Origin: Candidatus Latescibacterota bacterium
GTDB taxonomy: Bacteria > Latescibacterota > UBA2968 > UBA8231
DNA: 64,000 nt
Assembly: GCA_965221775.1 (NCBI GenBank)
Contig: CBDCSU010000006.1
Coordinates: 224,001 to 288,000 of the forward strand
Direction of reading: 5' to 3'
Positions 1-7,612 of the stretch are shown in pieces; the stretch's first letter is position 1; each line of letters begins with the position of its first letter. The position numbers and the translations under genes are program-made. The notes below the pieces were generated by a model. That model saw only the letters and a program-made list of their open reading frames with translations, did not search any database and had not been told where the DNA came from.

Positions 1-292
1 CCGAGCGCGAGACCTCGGGACTGCGGATGGCCGCGCTCACATCTTCCCCCCCGAGGTGGATGCCCCCGCCCCGGCCCGCCGGGAACTCGAGGCTCAGGCC
101 CTCGAGGAACGCCCCGAGCGCGGCGGCCCCGGGCTCGACGCCGCGGCGGGTCGCGGCCAGGGCCACCGCCCGGTACATGGCGCCGGTGTCGAGATGGCGG
201 TAGCCGAGGGCGGCGGCGGCCCCCCGTGCCGCCGTGGACTTGCCGGCGCCGATGACCCCGTCGATGGCGATCGTCAACCCCTTCGCGGTCAC
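1..292 (-). CDS. cmk: Cytidylate kinase, N-terminal part (runs off the window start)
   Basis: Not in the ORF track. Manual translation from GTG at 292 gives VTAKGLTIAIDGVIGAGKSTAARGAAAALGYRHLDTGAMYRAVA; the end of the window reads VSAAIRSPEVSRS. LDTGAMYRA is the Cmk signature. GTGA overlap with the rluB stop. Confidence 0.93.
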   Translation of the reverse strand, partial: MTAKGLTIAIDGVIGAGKSTAARGAAAALGYRHLDTGAMYRAVALAATRRGVEPGAAALGAFLEGLSLEFPAGRGGGIHLGGEDVSAAIRSPEVSRS

Positions 293-1062
293 CGATCCGG
301 CCCCAGGCCCACCAGCCGGCGAAGGCGCGCCACCTCGGCAGGGCGCAGCCGGCGCCACCGGCCGGCGCGCAGGCCGCCGAGAGCCAGGCCGGCGAAGCTC
401 TGCCGCCGCAGGCTCGTCACCTGGTGGCCGACGGCCAGGCACATGCGCTTGACCTGGTGCTTGCGGCCCTCCGTGAGGACCAGCTCGATCCGGCCCCGGC
501 CTTCGGCGGTGTGGCCCAGGAGGCGGGCGCCGGCGGGGGCGGTCGGTCCGTCCTCGAGCTCCAGCCCCTGGCGCAGCCGCCGCAGGGCGCCGTCGTCCGG
601 CCTCCCCCGCAGGACGGCGACGTAGCGCTTCTCGATCCCGTAGCGCGGATGGGTCAGACGGTAGGCCAGGTCGCCGTCGTCGGTGAGCAGCAGGGCCCCC
701 GTCGTGTCGCGGTCGAGGCGCCCCACGGCCACGGTCCCGGGCCTCAGCTGGAGCCCCTCGTACACCGTGGTCCGGCCGCGCTCGTCGCGGCTCGTGACCA
801 GGGTGTCGCGGCGCTTGTGCAGCAGAACGTACTCGAAGCCTTCGGGCAGGGCCACGCGGCCCCTGCCCTCGAGCTCCACGCGGTCCCTGGCGGGGTCGAT
901 CCGGTCCCCCGGCCCCACCGCGGGTACGCCGTTGACGCGCACGGCGCCGGCGGAGACCAGGGCCGCGCACCGCCGCCGGGAGGCCACACCGGCGCGGGCG
1001 AGGAAGCGGTTGAGCTGCATGCCCTCCGTCCGGGGGCCCTCAGCTTCGGCGGTCCTCGGCAC
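289..1062 (-). CDS. rluB: 23S rRNA pseudouridine synthase, RluB/RsuA family (S4 + catalytic domain)
   Basis: LNRFLARAGVASRR S4 motif, VGRLDRDTTGALLLTDDG catalytic motif, LTEGRKHQVKRM; scpAB-rluB-cmk order. Confidence 0.9.
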   Translation of the reverse strand: MPRTAEAEGPRTEGMQLNRFLARAGVASRRRCAALVSAGAVRVNGVPAVGPGDRIDPARDRVELEGRGRVALPEGFEYVLLHKRRDTLVTSRDERGRTTVYEGLQLRPGTVAVGRLDRDTTGALLLTDDGDLAYRLTHPRYGIEKRYVAVLRGRPDDGALRRLRQGLELEDGPTAPAGARLLGHTAEGRGRIELVLTEGRKHQVKRMCLAVGHQVTSLRRQSFAGLALGGLRAGRWRRLRPAEVARLRRLVGLGPDR

Positions 1063-1840
1063 TCCCCTCCTCCGGCAGCTCTACTTCGCCCTCGATCCGG
1101 CCGCCCACCTCGGGCAGGTCCGCCTCCGGCAGTTCCTCCGCCCTCGGACCCGGCCCCCCGGCGGGGTCTCCGTCCACCGGGCCGCCCCCATGGGGCAGGC
1201 CTTCTGCCGGCGGGTCTTCCGCCTCCGGATCCTGCCCCTCGGCGGGGCCTCCGGCCTCCACCTGGCCGTTGCCGGCCCCGGCTTCGGCCTTGCGCTCGCC
1301 CTCGGCCAGCAGCTCCTCGAGTTCCTTCGGCTTGGGCAGGTCGGCCAGCGACCGCAGACCGAAGTGGGTCATGAAGTGGCGGGTGGTGCCGAACAGCATG
1401 GGGCGCCCGATGCCCTCGGAGCGGCCGACGATGCGCACGAGATCGAGCTCCAGCAGGTTGCGGACGACCCCGGCGGAATCGACGCCGCGGAGGTTGTCGA
1501 CCTCGAGGCGGGTGACGGGCTGCTTGAAGGCGACGATGGCCAGGGTCTCGAGAGCCGCCTGGGAGAGGCGCACGTGGCCGCGGTCGTGGAACTTGCGCAG
1601 CCACGGAGCGAACTCCTTGAGGGTGACCACCTGGTAACCGCCGGCGATCTCGGCGATGGTCATGGCGTGGCCGCCCTCGCGGTAGCTCTCGTTGAGCTCC
1701 TTCACCGCCCGGCGCAGCTGCGATCCCTTGACCCCTTTCACCACGGCTTCCAGGCGGCCGGGGGTGACCGGGGCGTCGGAGGTCATCAGCACCGCCTCGA
1801 CGATGCCGCGCAGCTCGCCGGGATGGGGGGCTCCACTCAC
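1040..1840 (-). CDS. scpB: SMC-Scp complex subunit ScpB with acidic low-complexity tail
   Basis: LSQAALETLAIVAFKQPVTRLEVDNLRGVDS and GRPMLFGTTRHFMTHFGLRSLADLP motifs. Start re-assigned to GTG 1840 (GTGA overlap with scpA stop). Confidence 0.93.
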   Translation of the reverse strand: MSGAPHPGELRGIVEAVLMTSDAPVTPGRLEAVVKGVKGSQLRRAVKELNESYREGGHAMTIAEIAGGYQVVTLKEFAPWLRKFHDRGHVRLSQAALETLAIVAFKQPVTRLEVDNLRGVDSAGVVRNLLELDLVRIVGRSEGIGRPMLFGTTRHFMTHFGLRSLADLPKPKELEELLAEGERKAEAGAGNGQVEAGGPAEGQDPEAEDPPAEGLPHGGGPVDGDPAGGPGPRAEELPEADLPEVGGRIEGEVELPEEGSAEDRRS

Positions 1841-2604
1841 GTTGGTCCCGCCGCAACCCCGCCCTGGCCGCCCTCGATCCAGATGTCGCCGAAGGGCCGC
1901 GCCTGCTGCACGCGCACGCGCTGGGACTTGAGCAGCTCGAGGAGACCGATGAAGGTGACCACCAGGTCGTGGCGGTTGCGGCCCTCCACCAGGTCGTGGA
2001 ACCGCAGGCGGGAGCGGCTGCTCAGGGCGCCGAGGATGAGGTCGATGCACTCCTCGACGGTGACCCGCTCCTCGACGATGCGGTGGACCAGGGAGCGGGG
2101 CACGTTGTCGATGACGTGCTTGTAGACCTTCAGCAGGTCGAAGAGGGAGACGGGATGCAGCCCGGCCTCGGACTCGTCGGCCTGACCGCTGCGGCTGTAG
2201 ACGCGGCGCTGCTCGAGGCCCGCGTCGGAGAGCCAGTGGGCGATCTCCTTGAACTGCTGGTACTCCAGCAGCCGGCGGACCAACTCCTCCCTCGGGTCCT
2301 CGCCGCTGTCGTCGTCGGTCTCGCCGCCGGCCTCCCGGGGGAGCAGCATCTGCGACTTGATCTTCATGAGGGTGGCCGCCATGAGGACGAAGTCGGCGGA
2401 GCGCTCGAGATCGAGGAGGTGCACCTCGGACCCGAGGACGACGAGGTACTGGGCGGTGATCGTCGACACGGGGATGTCGTAGATGTCCACCTCGTTCCTG
2501 CGGATGAGGTAGAGGAGCAGGTCGAGAGGCCCCTCGAAGACCTCGAGCCGGACGCCGTACGGGTCGGGGGAGCCTTCGGACTCGAGGAGGGTCGGCTCAG
2601 TCAA
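1837..2604 (-). CDS. scpA: Segregation and condensation protein A (kleisin)
   Basis: FEGPLDLLLYLIRRNEVDIYDIP, FVLMAATLMKIKSQMLLP, DPREELVRRLLEYQQFK, VVTFIGLLELLK. Confidence 0.95.
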   Translation of the reverse strand: MTEPTLLESEGSPDPYGVRLEVFEGPLDLLLYLIRRNEVDIYDIPVSTITAQYLVVLGSEVHLLDLERSADFVLMAATLMKIKSQMLLPREAGGETDDDSGEDPREELVRRLLEYQQFKEIAHWLSDAGLEQRRVYSRSGQADESEAGLHPVSLFDLLKVYKHVIDNVPRSLVHRIVEERVTVEECIDLILGALSSRSRLRFHDLVEGRNRHDLVVTFIGLLELLKSQRVRVQQARPFGDIWIEGGQGGVAAGPT

Positions 2605-3145
2605 GGAAGAGGTAGGGCTTCCACCGGTGATCGGCGACGCCCACGTAGTTGCGGATGAAGGTGACGTTGTTGGGGCGCTTCGGCTTGCGGCGCAACCGCA
2701 GGCCCGACTGCTCGGGCGGCCGGTCTCCCTTGCGGGCGTTACAGGCGGCGCAGGCGGTGACCAGGTTCTCCCAGGTCTCCGGGCCCCTGTGCTTCCTGGG
2801 GACCACGTGGTCGATCGTCATCTTGCGGTCGGCGGTCCCGCAGTACTGGCACTCGTAGTTGTCGCGCTTGAAGATGTTGCGCTTGGACAGCACGACGCGG
2901 CGCCGGGGGGCGCGGATGTAACGCTCGAGACGGACGACGCTGGGCACCGGGAAGGCGTCGGACACGGAGCGCACCTGGCGGTCGGCGGGCTCGACGCTGA
3001 TCGCCTTGCCGCCGAAGACGAGGCTCAGGGCCCTGCGGACGGAACAGACGTTGAGGGGCTCGTAGTTCTGGTTGAGCACGAGGACCGCCTCGTCGAGGAC
3101 GGCGGACTGCCTGCGTGCGGCGGTATGGTGAATGGCGCGGATCAT
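2597..3145 (-). CDS. HNH endonuclease (VLVLNxxYEPL family)
   Basis: VLVLNQNYEPLNVC, RDNYECQYCG...TIDHVVPR...WENLVTACAACNARKG. Start may be slightly downstream. Confidence 0.9.
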   Translation of the reverse strand: MIRAIHHTAARRQSAVLDEAVLVLNQNYEPLNVCSVRRALSLVFGGKAISVEPADRQVRSVSDAFPVPSVVRLERYIRAPRRRVVLSKRNIFKRDNYECQYCGTADRKMTIDHVVPRKHRGPETWENLVTACAACNARKGDRPPEQSGLRLRRKPKRPNNVTFIRNYVGVADHRWKPYLFLD

Positions 3146-3208
3146 CCCATATATCCCGGAGAATCAAGGGGAGCCCGCGCACATCGTCAACCAATGAACG
3201 ATGGGGCT

Positions 3209-3607
3209 TCAGGCGTCCTCGATGAACTCGGCGTACTCGGAAGGGCCCAGGAGGTCGGCCACTTCCTCGGGGTCGTCGAGGCGGACCTTGAGGAGCCAGC
3301 CGTCTCCGTAGGGGTCGGCGTTCACCTGCTCGGCGCTCTCCTCGAGGGTTTCGTTGACCTCCATGACCTGGCAGCTCACCGGGGAGTAGAGCTCCTCCAC
3401 GGTCTTTACCGCCTCCACCGTGCCGAAGGCCTGGCCCTTCTCCAGGGAATCCCCCACTTCGGGAAGCTCGACGAAGACGATGTCCCCGAGCTCGGACTGG
3501 GCGTAGTCGGTGATGCCGATGGTGCCGAGCTCCCCGTCGAGGGAGATCCACTCGTGCTGCTCGGTGTAGCGGAGATCGTCGGGAACCCTGGTTTCCGACT
3601 CTGCCAT
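3209..3607 (-). CDS. gcvH: Glycine cleavage system H (lipoyl carrier) protein
   Basis: LRYTEQHEW, GITDYAQSELGDIVFVELP, VEAVKTV lipoyl-Lys, VNADPYGDGWL. Start ATG 3607 after GGAGAGGAG RBS. Confidence 0.95.
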   Translation of the reverse strand: MAESETRVPDDLRYTEQHEWISLDGELGTIGITDYAQSELGDIVFVELPEVGDSLEKGQAFGTVEAVKTVEELYSPVSCQVMEVNETLEESAEQVNADPYGDGWLLKVRLDDPEEVADLLGPSEYAEFIEDA

Positions 3608-3627
3608 GCTCGCTCCTCTCCGGATGG

Positions 3628-3720
3628 CTAGACGGCGGCGGCGTGGACCCGCGTCGCCGCGAAACGCCGCCTCGCCGAGTGTTCGCTGATCGTATTCCAA
3701 CCGCCCGGCGCGGGCAACAT
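3628..3720 (-). CDS. Possible 30-aa small ORF (MLPAPGGWNTISEHSARRRFAATRVHAAAV)
   Basis: ATG at 3720 preceded by GGAGGAG at 5 nt spacing; TAG at 3628-3630; fills the efp-gcvH gap. No recognisable homology. Confidence 0.25.
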   Translation of the reverse strand: MLPAPGGWNTISEHSARRRFAATRVHAAAV

Positions 3721-3740
3721 GGCGGCTCCTCCCGCCCCCA

Positions 3741-4298
3741 TCACACCCGCTCCACGTAGTCGCCGGTGCGCGTGTCGATCTTGAGGGTGTCGCCCTGATT
3801 GACGAAGAGCGGCACCGAGACCACCGCCCCGGTCTCGAGGGTGGCCGGCTTGACGGCCCCGGTGGCGGTATCGCCCTTCACTCCGGGTTCGGTGTGGGCC
3901 ACCTTGAGGTTCACGAAGTTGGGCAACTCGACGCCGATGGGCGTGCCCTCCACGACCATGACGAAGGCGCTCTCGCTCTCCTGCAGCAGCCCCGCCGAGT
4001 CGCCGAAGAGGGCCGCCTCGAGACCGACCTGCTCGTAGGTCTCGGCGTCCATGAAGTGGTAGGTGCCGGTATCGGAGTAGAGGAACTGCATCTCCCGCCT
4101 CTCGACGCGGATCTCCTCCACCTTGTCGCCGGAACGGAAGGTGCGGTCGATGACGGCGCCCGTGCTCATGTTCTTCAGGCGGGTGCGCACGAAGGCGCCG
4201 CCCTTGCCCGGCTTGACGTGCTGGAACTCGACGATGGAGAACAGGGCGCCGTCGAGGCGCATGGTGAAGCCGTTGCGGAAACTGGTGGTGTCGGCCAT
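3741..4298 (-). CDS. efp: Elongation factor P
   Basis: FQHVKPGKGGAFVRTRLKN, PGVKGDTA, KPATLETGAVVSVPLFVNQGD, IDTRTGDYVER. Confidence 0.98.
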   Translation of the reverse strand: MADTTSFRNGFTMRLDGALFSIVEFQHVKPGKGGAFVRTRLKNMSTGAVIDRTFRSGDKVEEIRVERREMQFLYSDTGTYHFMDAETYEQVGLEAALFGDSAGLLQESESAFVMVVEGTPIGVELPNFVNLKVAHTEPGVKGDTATGAVKPATLETGAVVSVPLFVNQGDTLKIDTRTGDYVERV

Positions 4299-4308
4299 CT
4301 CTCCCTTC

Positions 4309-5052
4309 TCAAGCGGCGGTGAGCGCCTCGGCGTCGCGCCGGGCGTCCTGGTTGCCGGGGTCGGCGGACAGCACCCGCCGGTAGATCTCGAGGGCGCGGT
4401 CCGGGAATCCCTGCCTGGCGTACAGCCGCGCCAGGGTCACCGTGGGGACCGGACCCCGGTCGTCGATCCCCTCCGCATCCAGCTCTCTGCCGGCTTCGGG
4501 GGGACGGTCGATCTGCCGCAGCAGCGCCGTCAGCTCGGCATCGCCGGGCGCGCCGAAGCGGGAGACGGAGGGCGCCGGGGCGGGGGCGGGAATCGGCACC
4601 TCCGCCGGCTGCGGCGCGGAGGCCGCGGCGGGGGCGGCGGCCGGCCGGGGACGCACCTCGGCGGCCAGCGACGCCAGCTCGCGCTTCAGCCGGGGGCCCA
4701 GCGGGTCGAGGGCGGAGGCCCGCTCCAGGCACTCCAGGGCCCGCTCCCCCTCACCGAGCCGGCGGTGGACCCCGGCCAGCTGCCGGAGCCCGGCGAGGTT
4801 GCCGGGATCGAGCTGCAACCCCTGGTCTATCGCCGCCCGCGCCTGCTGCCACATGCGCCGGGCCTCGTAGCAGCGGCCGAGGACGAAGAACCCGGTGGGG
4901 TAGCCGGGAAACCGCTGGCAGCCCTCCTCGCAGAGGGCCTGGGCGCGCATGGGGCGGCCCTTGCGCAGGTACTCTTCGGCCAGGCGCGCGAACAGGGGGA
5001 TCCGGGGAAAACGCCGAAAGGCCTTCTCCACCTTGCTGGTGCGTGCGAACAC
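4309..5052 (-). CDS. Tetratricopeptide repeat protein with Pro/Ala linker
   Basis: N-terminal TPRs (FARLAEEYLRKG...ALQLDPGN-type repeats) and C-terminal TVTLARLYARQG...ALEIYRRVL TPR. Confidence 0.8.
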   Translation of the reverse strand: MFARTSKVEKAFRRFPRIPLFARLAEEYLRKGRPMRAQALCEEGCQRFPGYPTGFFVLGRCYEARRMWQQARAAIDQGLQLDPGNLAGLRQLAGVHRRLGEGERALECLERASALDPLGPRLKRELASLAAEVRPRPAAAPAAASAPQPAEVPIPAPAPAPSVSRFGAPGDAELTALLRQIDRPPEAGRELDAEGIDDRGPVPTVTLARLYARQGFPDRALEIYRRVLSADPGNQDARRDAEALTAA

Positions 5053-5137
5053 CAGATCTCAGCAGCCTGTGGACGAGCGGACTGGCACCGAAGGAACCTT
5101 GCCTCAACAGCTGTCACGGGGGTTTGAACAGCCTTCC

Positions 5138-5166
5138 ATCCTAAACCCGAACCGGCGTACTGTCAA
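5138..5166 (-). promoter_or_regulatory. Sigma70-type promoter for the TPR-efp-gcvH-scpAB operon
   Basis: Minus strand TTGACA (5166-5161), 17 nt, TAGGAT (5143-5138). Confidence 0.7.
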
Positions 5167-5244
5167 CTCGCCCCGGGGGCCCGCGGGACACGCATATCGT
5201 CAGGCAGGACAACCACTTGCAGATTCGCGCAGGCGCCGGAACGG

Positions 5245-5273
5245 TTGACGGAATGTCACCCGGCCGCTATACT
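5245..5273 (+). promoter_or_regulatory. Sigma70-type promoter of tRNA-Lys
   Basis: TTGACG (5245-5250), 17 nt, TATACT (5268-5273), followed by a GC-rich discriminator, 17 nt before the tRNA. Confidence 0.8.
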
Positions 5274-5290
5274 CGGCGCCCCTTCGATCT

Positions 5291-5366
5291 GCGCCCATAG
5301 CTCAGTTGGTAGAGCGGCTGACTCTTAATCAGTTGGTCCGGGGTTCGAGTCCCTGTGGGCGCACCA
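5291..5366 (+). tRNA. tRNA-Lys (anticodon CTT)
   Basis: 76 nt cloverleaf: GCGCCCA/TGGGCGC acceptor stem, D-arm AGCTCAGTTGGTAGAGC, anticodon loop CT-CTT-AA, GGTTCGAGTCC T-arm, encoded CCA. Confidence 0.97.
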
Positions 5367-5378
5367 CTTCCGGCTCTT

Positions 5379-5410
5379 CGGGGAGCTGCGCGGCCCTTCG
5401 CAGCTCCCCG
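5379..5410. terminator. Hairpin between convergent tRNA-Lys and membrane-protein operon
   Basis: Perfect 12-bp inverted repeat CGGGGAGCTGCG / CGCAGCTCCCCG with 8-nt loop; no clear U-tract. Confidence 0.6.
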
Positions 5411-5457
5411 TAAGTCCATGTGTGGCATCCTGTTGACATAGCTCTCCGGCGCGCCCC

Positions 5458-7602
5458 TCACCCCCAGGCGAACAGGAAGTTGCCGGTGTGGCCGGTGAAG
5501 TAGTCGACGATCAGCCAGAGGCCGATGGTCAGCATCTGGCCGGCGATCATCCCCAGGAACAGCCCCTGAGTGCAGCGGTAGGTGGTGACGCTCCCGAACC
5601 GCAGGACGAGGACCTTGATGCACCAGGCGACGAAGACGCTGGTGATGGTGAAGGTCATCAGGTTCACCGCCGATACCGGGAAGGCGACCGGGTGGAGTGG
5701 CCACCAGATCAGGCGGTGGCGGGCCCAGTAGAGCAGGGACATGATGCCGCCGCCGCCGAGGAGGAAGCCCATGCCCGGCCAGTAGACGCCGGCGGGCTCC
5801 ATGTTGCGCGCGGCGCTGTCGTAGGCCACCGCCGGCCCGGCCTTGAAGAACCAGCCATCGAGGTTGACGCCGCCGTAGCGGTAGGCGACGTGGAAGATCA
5901 TCCAGAACGAGCCCAGGGTCCCGATCAGCAGGGCCAGGACGAGGGCCAGGAAGACCAGCCGCCGGCTGCGGGCGTCCATGTCCTCGATCAGCTTGAGGGA
6001 ATTGGTGCAGGTGGCCATGGCGAAGGCGCGGACCTCGCTGGCCCAGATGTAGGCCATGGCCATGTTGAAGACGCCCGTGGGGCCCACGAGAGACGAGCCG
6101 AGGCCCATGACGACGAAGTCCGGAGCGTTGACGGGGGCCCGAAGCGTCGCCAGCCCGGCCTCGGCGATGATCCGGGTGATGCCGATGAAGATCACCATGG
6201 CCAGGACGACGAAGAACGAGGAGACCCAGAGCGGCGTGCCCATGATCCACAGCCACAGGATCATGACCGCGGTCCCGCCGAGAGCGCCGATGACAGCCCC
6301 GCGGTAGGGGAGGATCTCGTCGCGGTCGTCGACGCGGGGCGCCCGGCCCAGGGCCTTGAGCCAGACCTCCTTCAGGTGCTCGCGCCCCGTCCACAGCACC
6401 ATGGCGACGAGCACCAGCAGGGCCCCCAGCCCCTGGTAGCCGACAAGGGGTGCGTCGTACACCCCGTGGAAGTGCACCTGCTCCGACTTGATCCCGGCGG
6501 TGGCCAACAGGCTCTTCTGCACCTTGCCGAAGAGGTAGAAGACCCAGACGCTGCCCGATATCCGCGTGTCGATGAAGTAGGTGAAGCCCGCCAGGGCGAA
6601 GTTGAACTTGCCCCCCAGGTACGGTATCGGCAGGTCCAGGGAGACCAGGGGGATGGAGGGGTAGTAGCTCCACAGGGCCCTCATGCTGCCGGCGGCGATG
6701 GGGATGGACATCCCCACCAGCACCGACCAGCGCTTGAAGAAGCCGTTCACCAGGCCTTTCTCGTCCTCGCCGCGGACCATGGCCAGACCGACCTGGGCGA
6801 TGGGATAGCTCAGGCGCTCCCGGTCCATCCACTGGCGCCGCAGGATCACGGCGATGGAGATCATGCAGACGTACAGGGCCAGCAGGAAGACCGCCCACCA
6901 CATGAGCGGCTCGACCCAGGCGCCGTAGGGGATGCTCTGGCCGGGCCGGGAGATCCCCTCGTAGAACAGGGCGTTCCCGGCGCCGTCGTCCACAAGGATG
7001 CCGCGCTCGGGGAAGTGGGGGAAGAGCTTCTCCCGCCACATGTTCTCGGGCGAGGCGTAGTAGAAGACGGCGGTGAGAGAGGGCAGGATGAGCTCGGACA
7101 GACCCATGGTGCACACGGCCGAGACCATGGCCAGCATGGCATAGACCATGATCAGCTCGGCCCGGTTGAGGGCCAGGCTGCGGCCGGACCACGCCAGGGG
7201 CACGTTGCCGAGGGCGCATGTCACGGCGAAGGTGGAGAAGATCAGCCCCGGCGAATGGACATCGACATCGCTCAGGGGCCAGTAGACGTGGAGCCACGCC
7301 CCCGCAAGGGCGATGGCAAGGGCGAGGGCCGCTCTCTTGCCGCGCGCCGCCAGCTTGAAGGCGAGGTTGAGGAACCCGATGAGCACGACGAAGACGAAGA
7401 TCGCCCCCGGGGTGCTGATGTCGGCGGCCACGTAGGCGCCCTTGATGACCATGTTGCTGTAGGGAGCGCTGACGGCCAGGAAGAAGCTCAGGAAGCTCCC
7501 CACGAAGAACCCCCGCCACGTCAGGCGGTGCCGGGACTCCAGCAGGGGCTCCGAGCGCGACTTCAGGTACTGGCGGTAGCTCGGCGCGATTTCCCTGTTC
7601 AC
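5458..7602 (-). CDS. Polytopic membrane protein, DUF6785/DUF6784-like (OPT-related), copy A
   Basis: 714 aa, many hydrophobic segments; YYASPEN.W, LRRQWMDRERLSYPIAQ, WWPLHPV motifs. Close paralog at 19541-21673. Confidence 0.75.
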   Translation of the reverse strand: MNREIAPSYRQYLKSRSEPLLESRHRLTWRGFFVGSFLSFFLAVSAPYSNMVIKGAYVAADISTPGAIFVFVVLIGFLNLAFKLAARGKRAALALAIALAGAWLHVYWPLSDVDVHSPGLIFSTFAVTCALGNVPLAWSGRSLALNRAELIMVYAMLAMVSAVCTMGLSELILPSLTAVFYYASPENMWREKLFPHFPERGILVDDGAGNALFYEGISRPGQSIPYGAWVEPLMWWAVFLLALYVCMISIAVILRRQWMDRERLSYPIAQVGLAMVRGEDEKGLVNGFFKRWSVLVGMSIPIAAGSMRALWSYYPSIPLVSLDLPIPYLGGKFNFALAGFTYFIDTRISGSVWVFYLFGKVQKSLLATAGIKSEQVHFHGVYDAPLVGYQGLGALLVLVAMVLWTGREHLKEVWLKALGRAPRVDDRDEILPYRGAVIGALGGTAVMILWLWIMGTPLWVSSFFVVLAMVIFIGITRIIAEAGLATLRAPVNAPDFVVMGLGSSLVGPTGVFNMAMAYIWASEVRAFAMATCTNSLKLIEDMDARSRRLVFLALVLALLIGTLGSFWMIFHVAYRYGGVNLDGWFFKAGPAVAYDSAARNMEPAGVYWPGMGFLLGGGGIMSLLYWARHRLIWWPLHPVAFPVSAVNLMTFTITSVFVAWCIKVLVLRFGSVTTYRCTQGLFLGMIAGQMLTIGLWLIVDYFTGHTGNFLFAWG
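6824..6954. repeat. 131-bp perfect direct repeat shared by the two DUF6785-like paralogs (second copy 20907-21037)
   Basis: Base-by-base comparison from TCCATCCACTGGCG to GGCCGGGAGAT is identical in both genes. Confidence 0.85.
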
Positions 7603-7612
7603 GGGAGGCGCG

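Noticed and set aside
1040-3145. Wadjet (jetABCD) or MksBEFG defence system
   Set aside because: ScpA/ScpB are canonical housekeeping types in the rluB-cmk context; no SMC-like ATPase or Toprim nuclease present.
3608-3740. Glycine riboswitch upstream of gcvH
   Set aside because: No recognisable aptamer core; the GGAGAG present is the RBS and the gap is short for a tandem aptamer.
5433-5438. TTGACA on the plus strand after the tRNA
   Set aside because: No -10 element at proper spacing and no plus-strand gene downstream.
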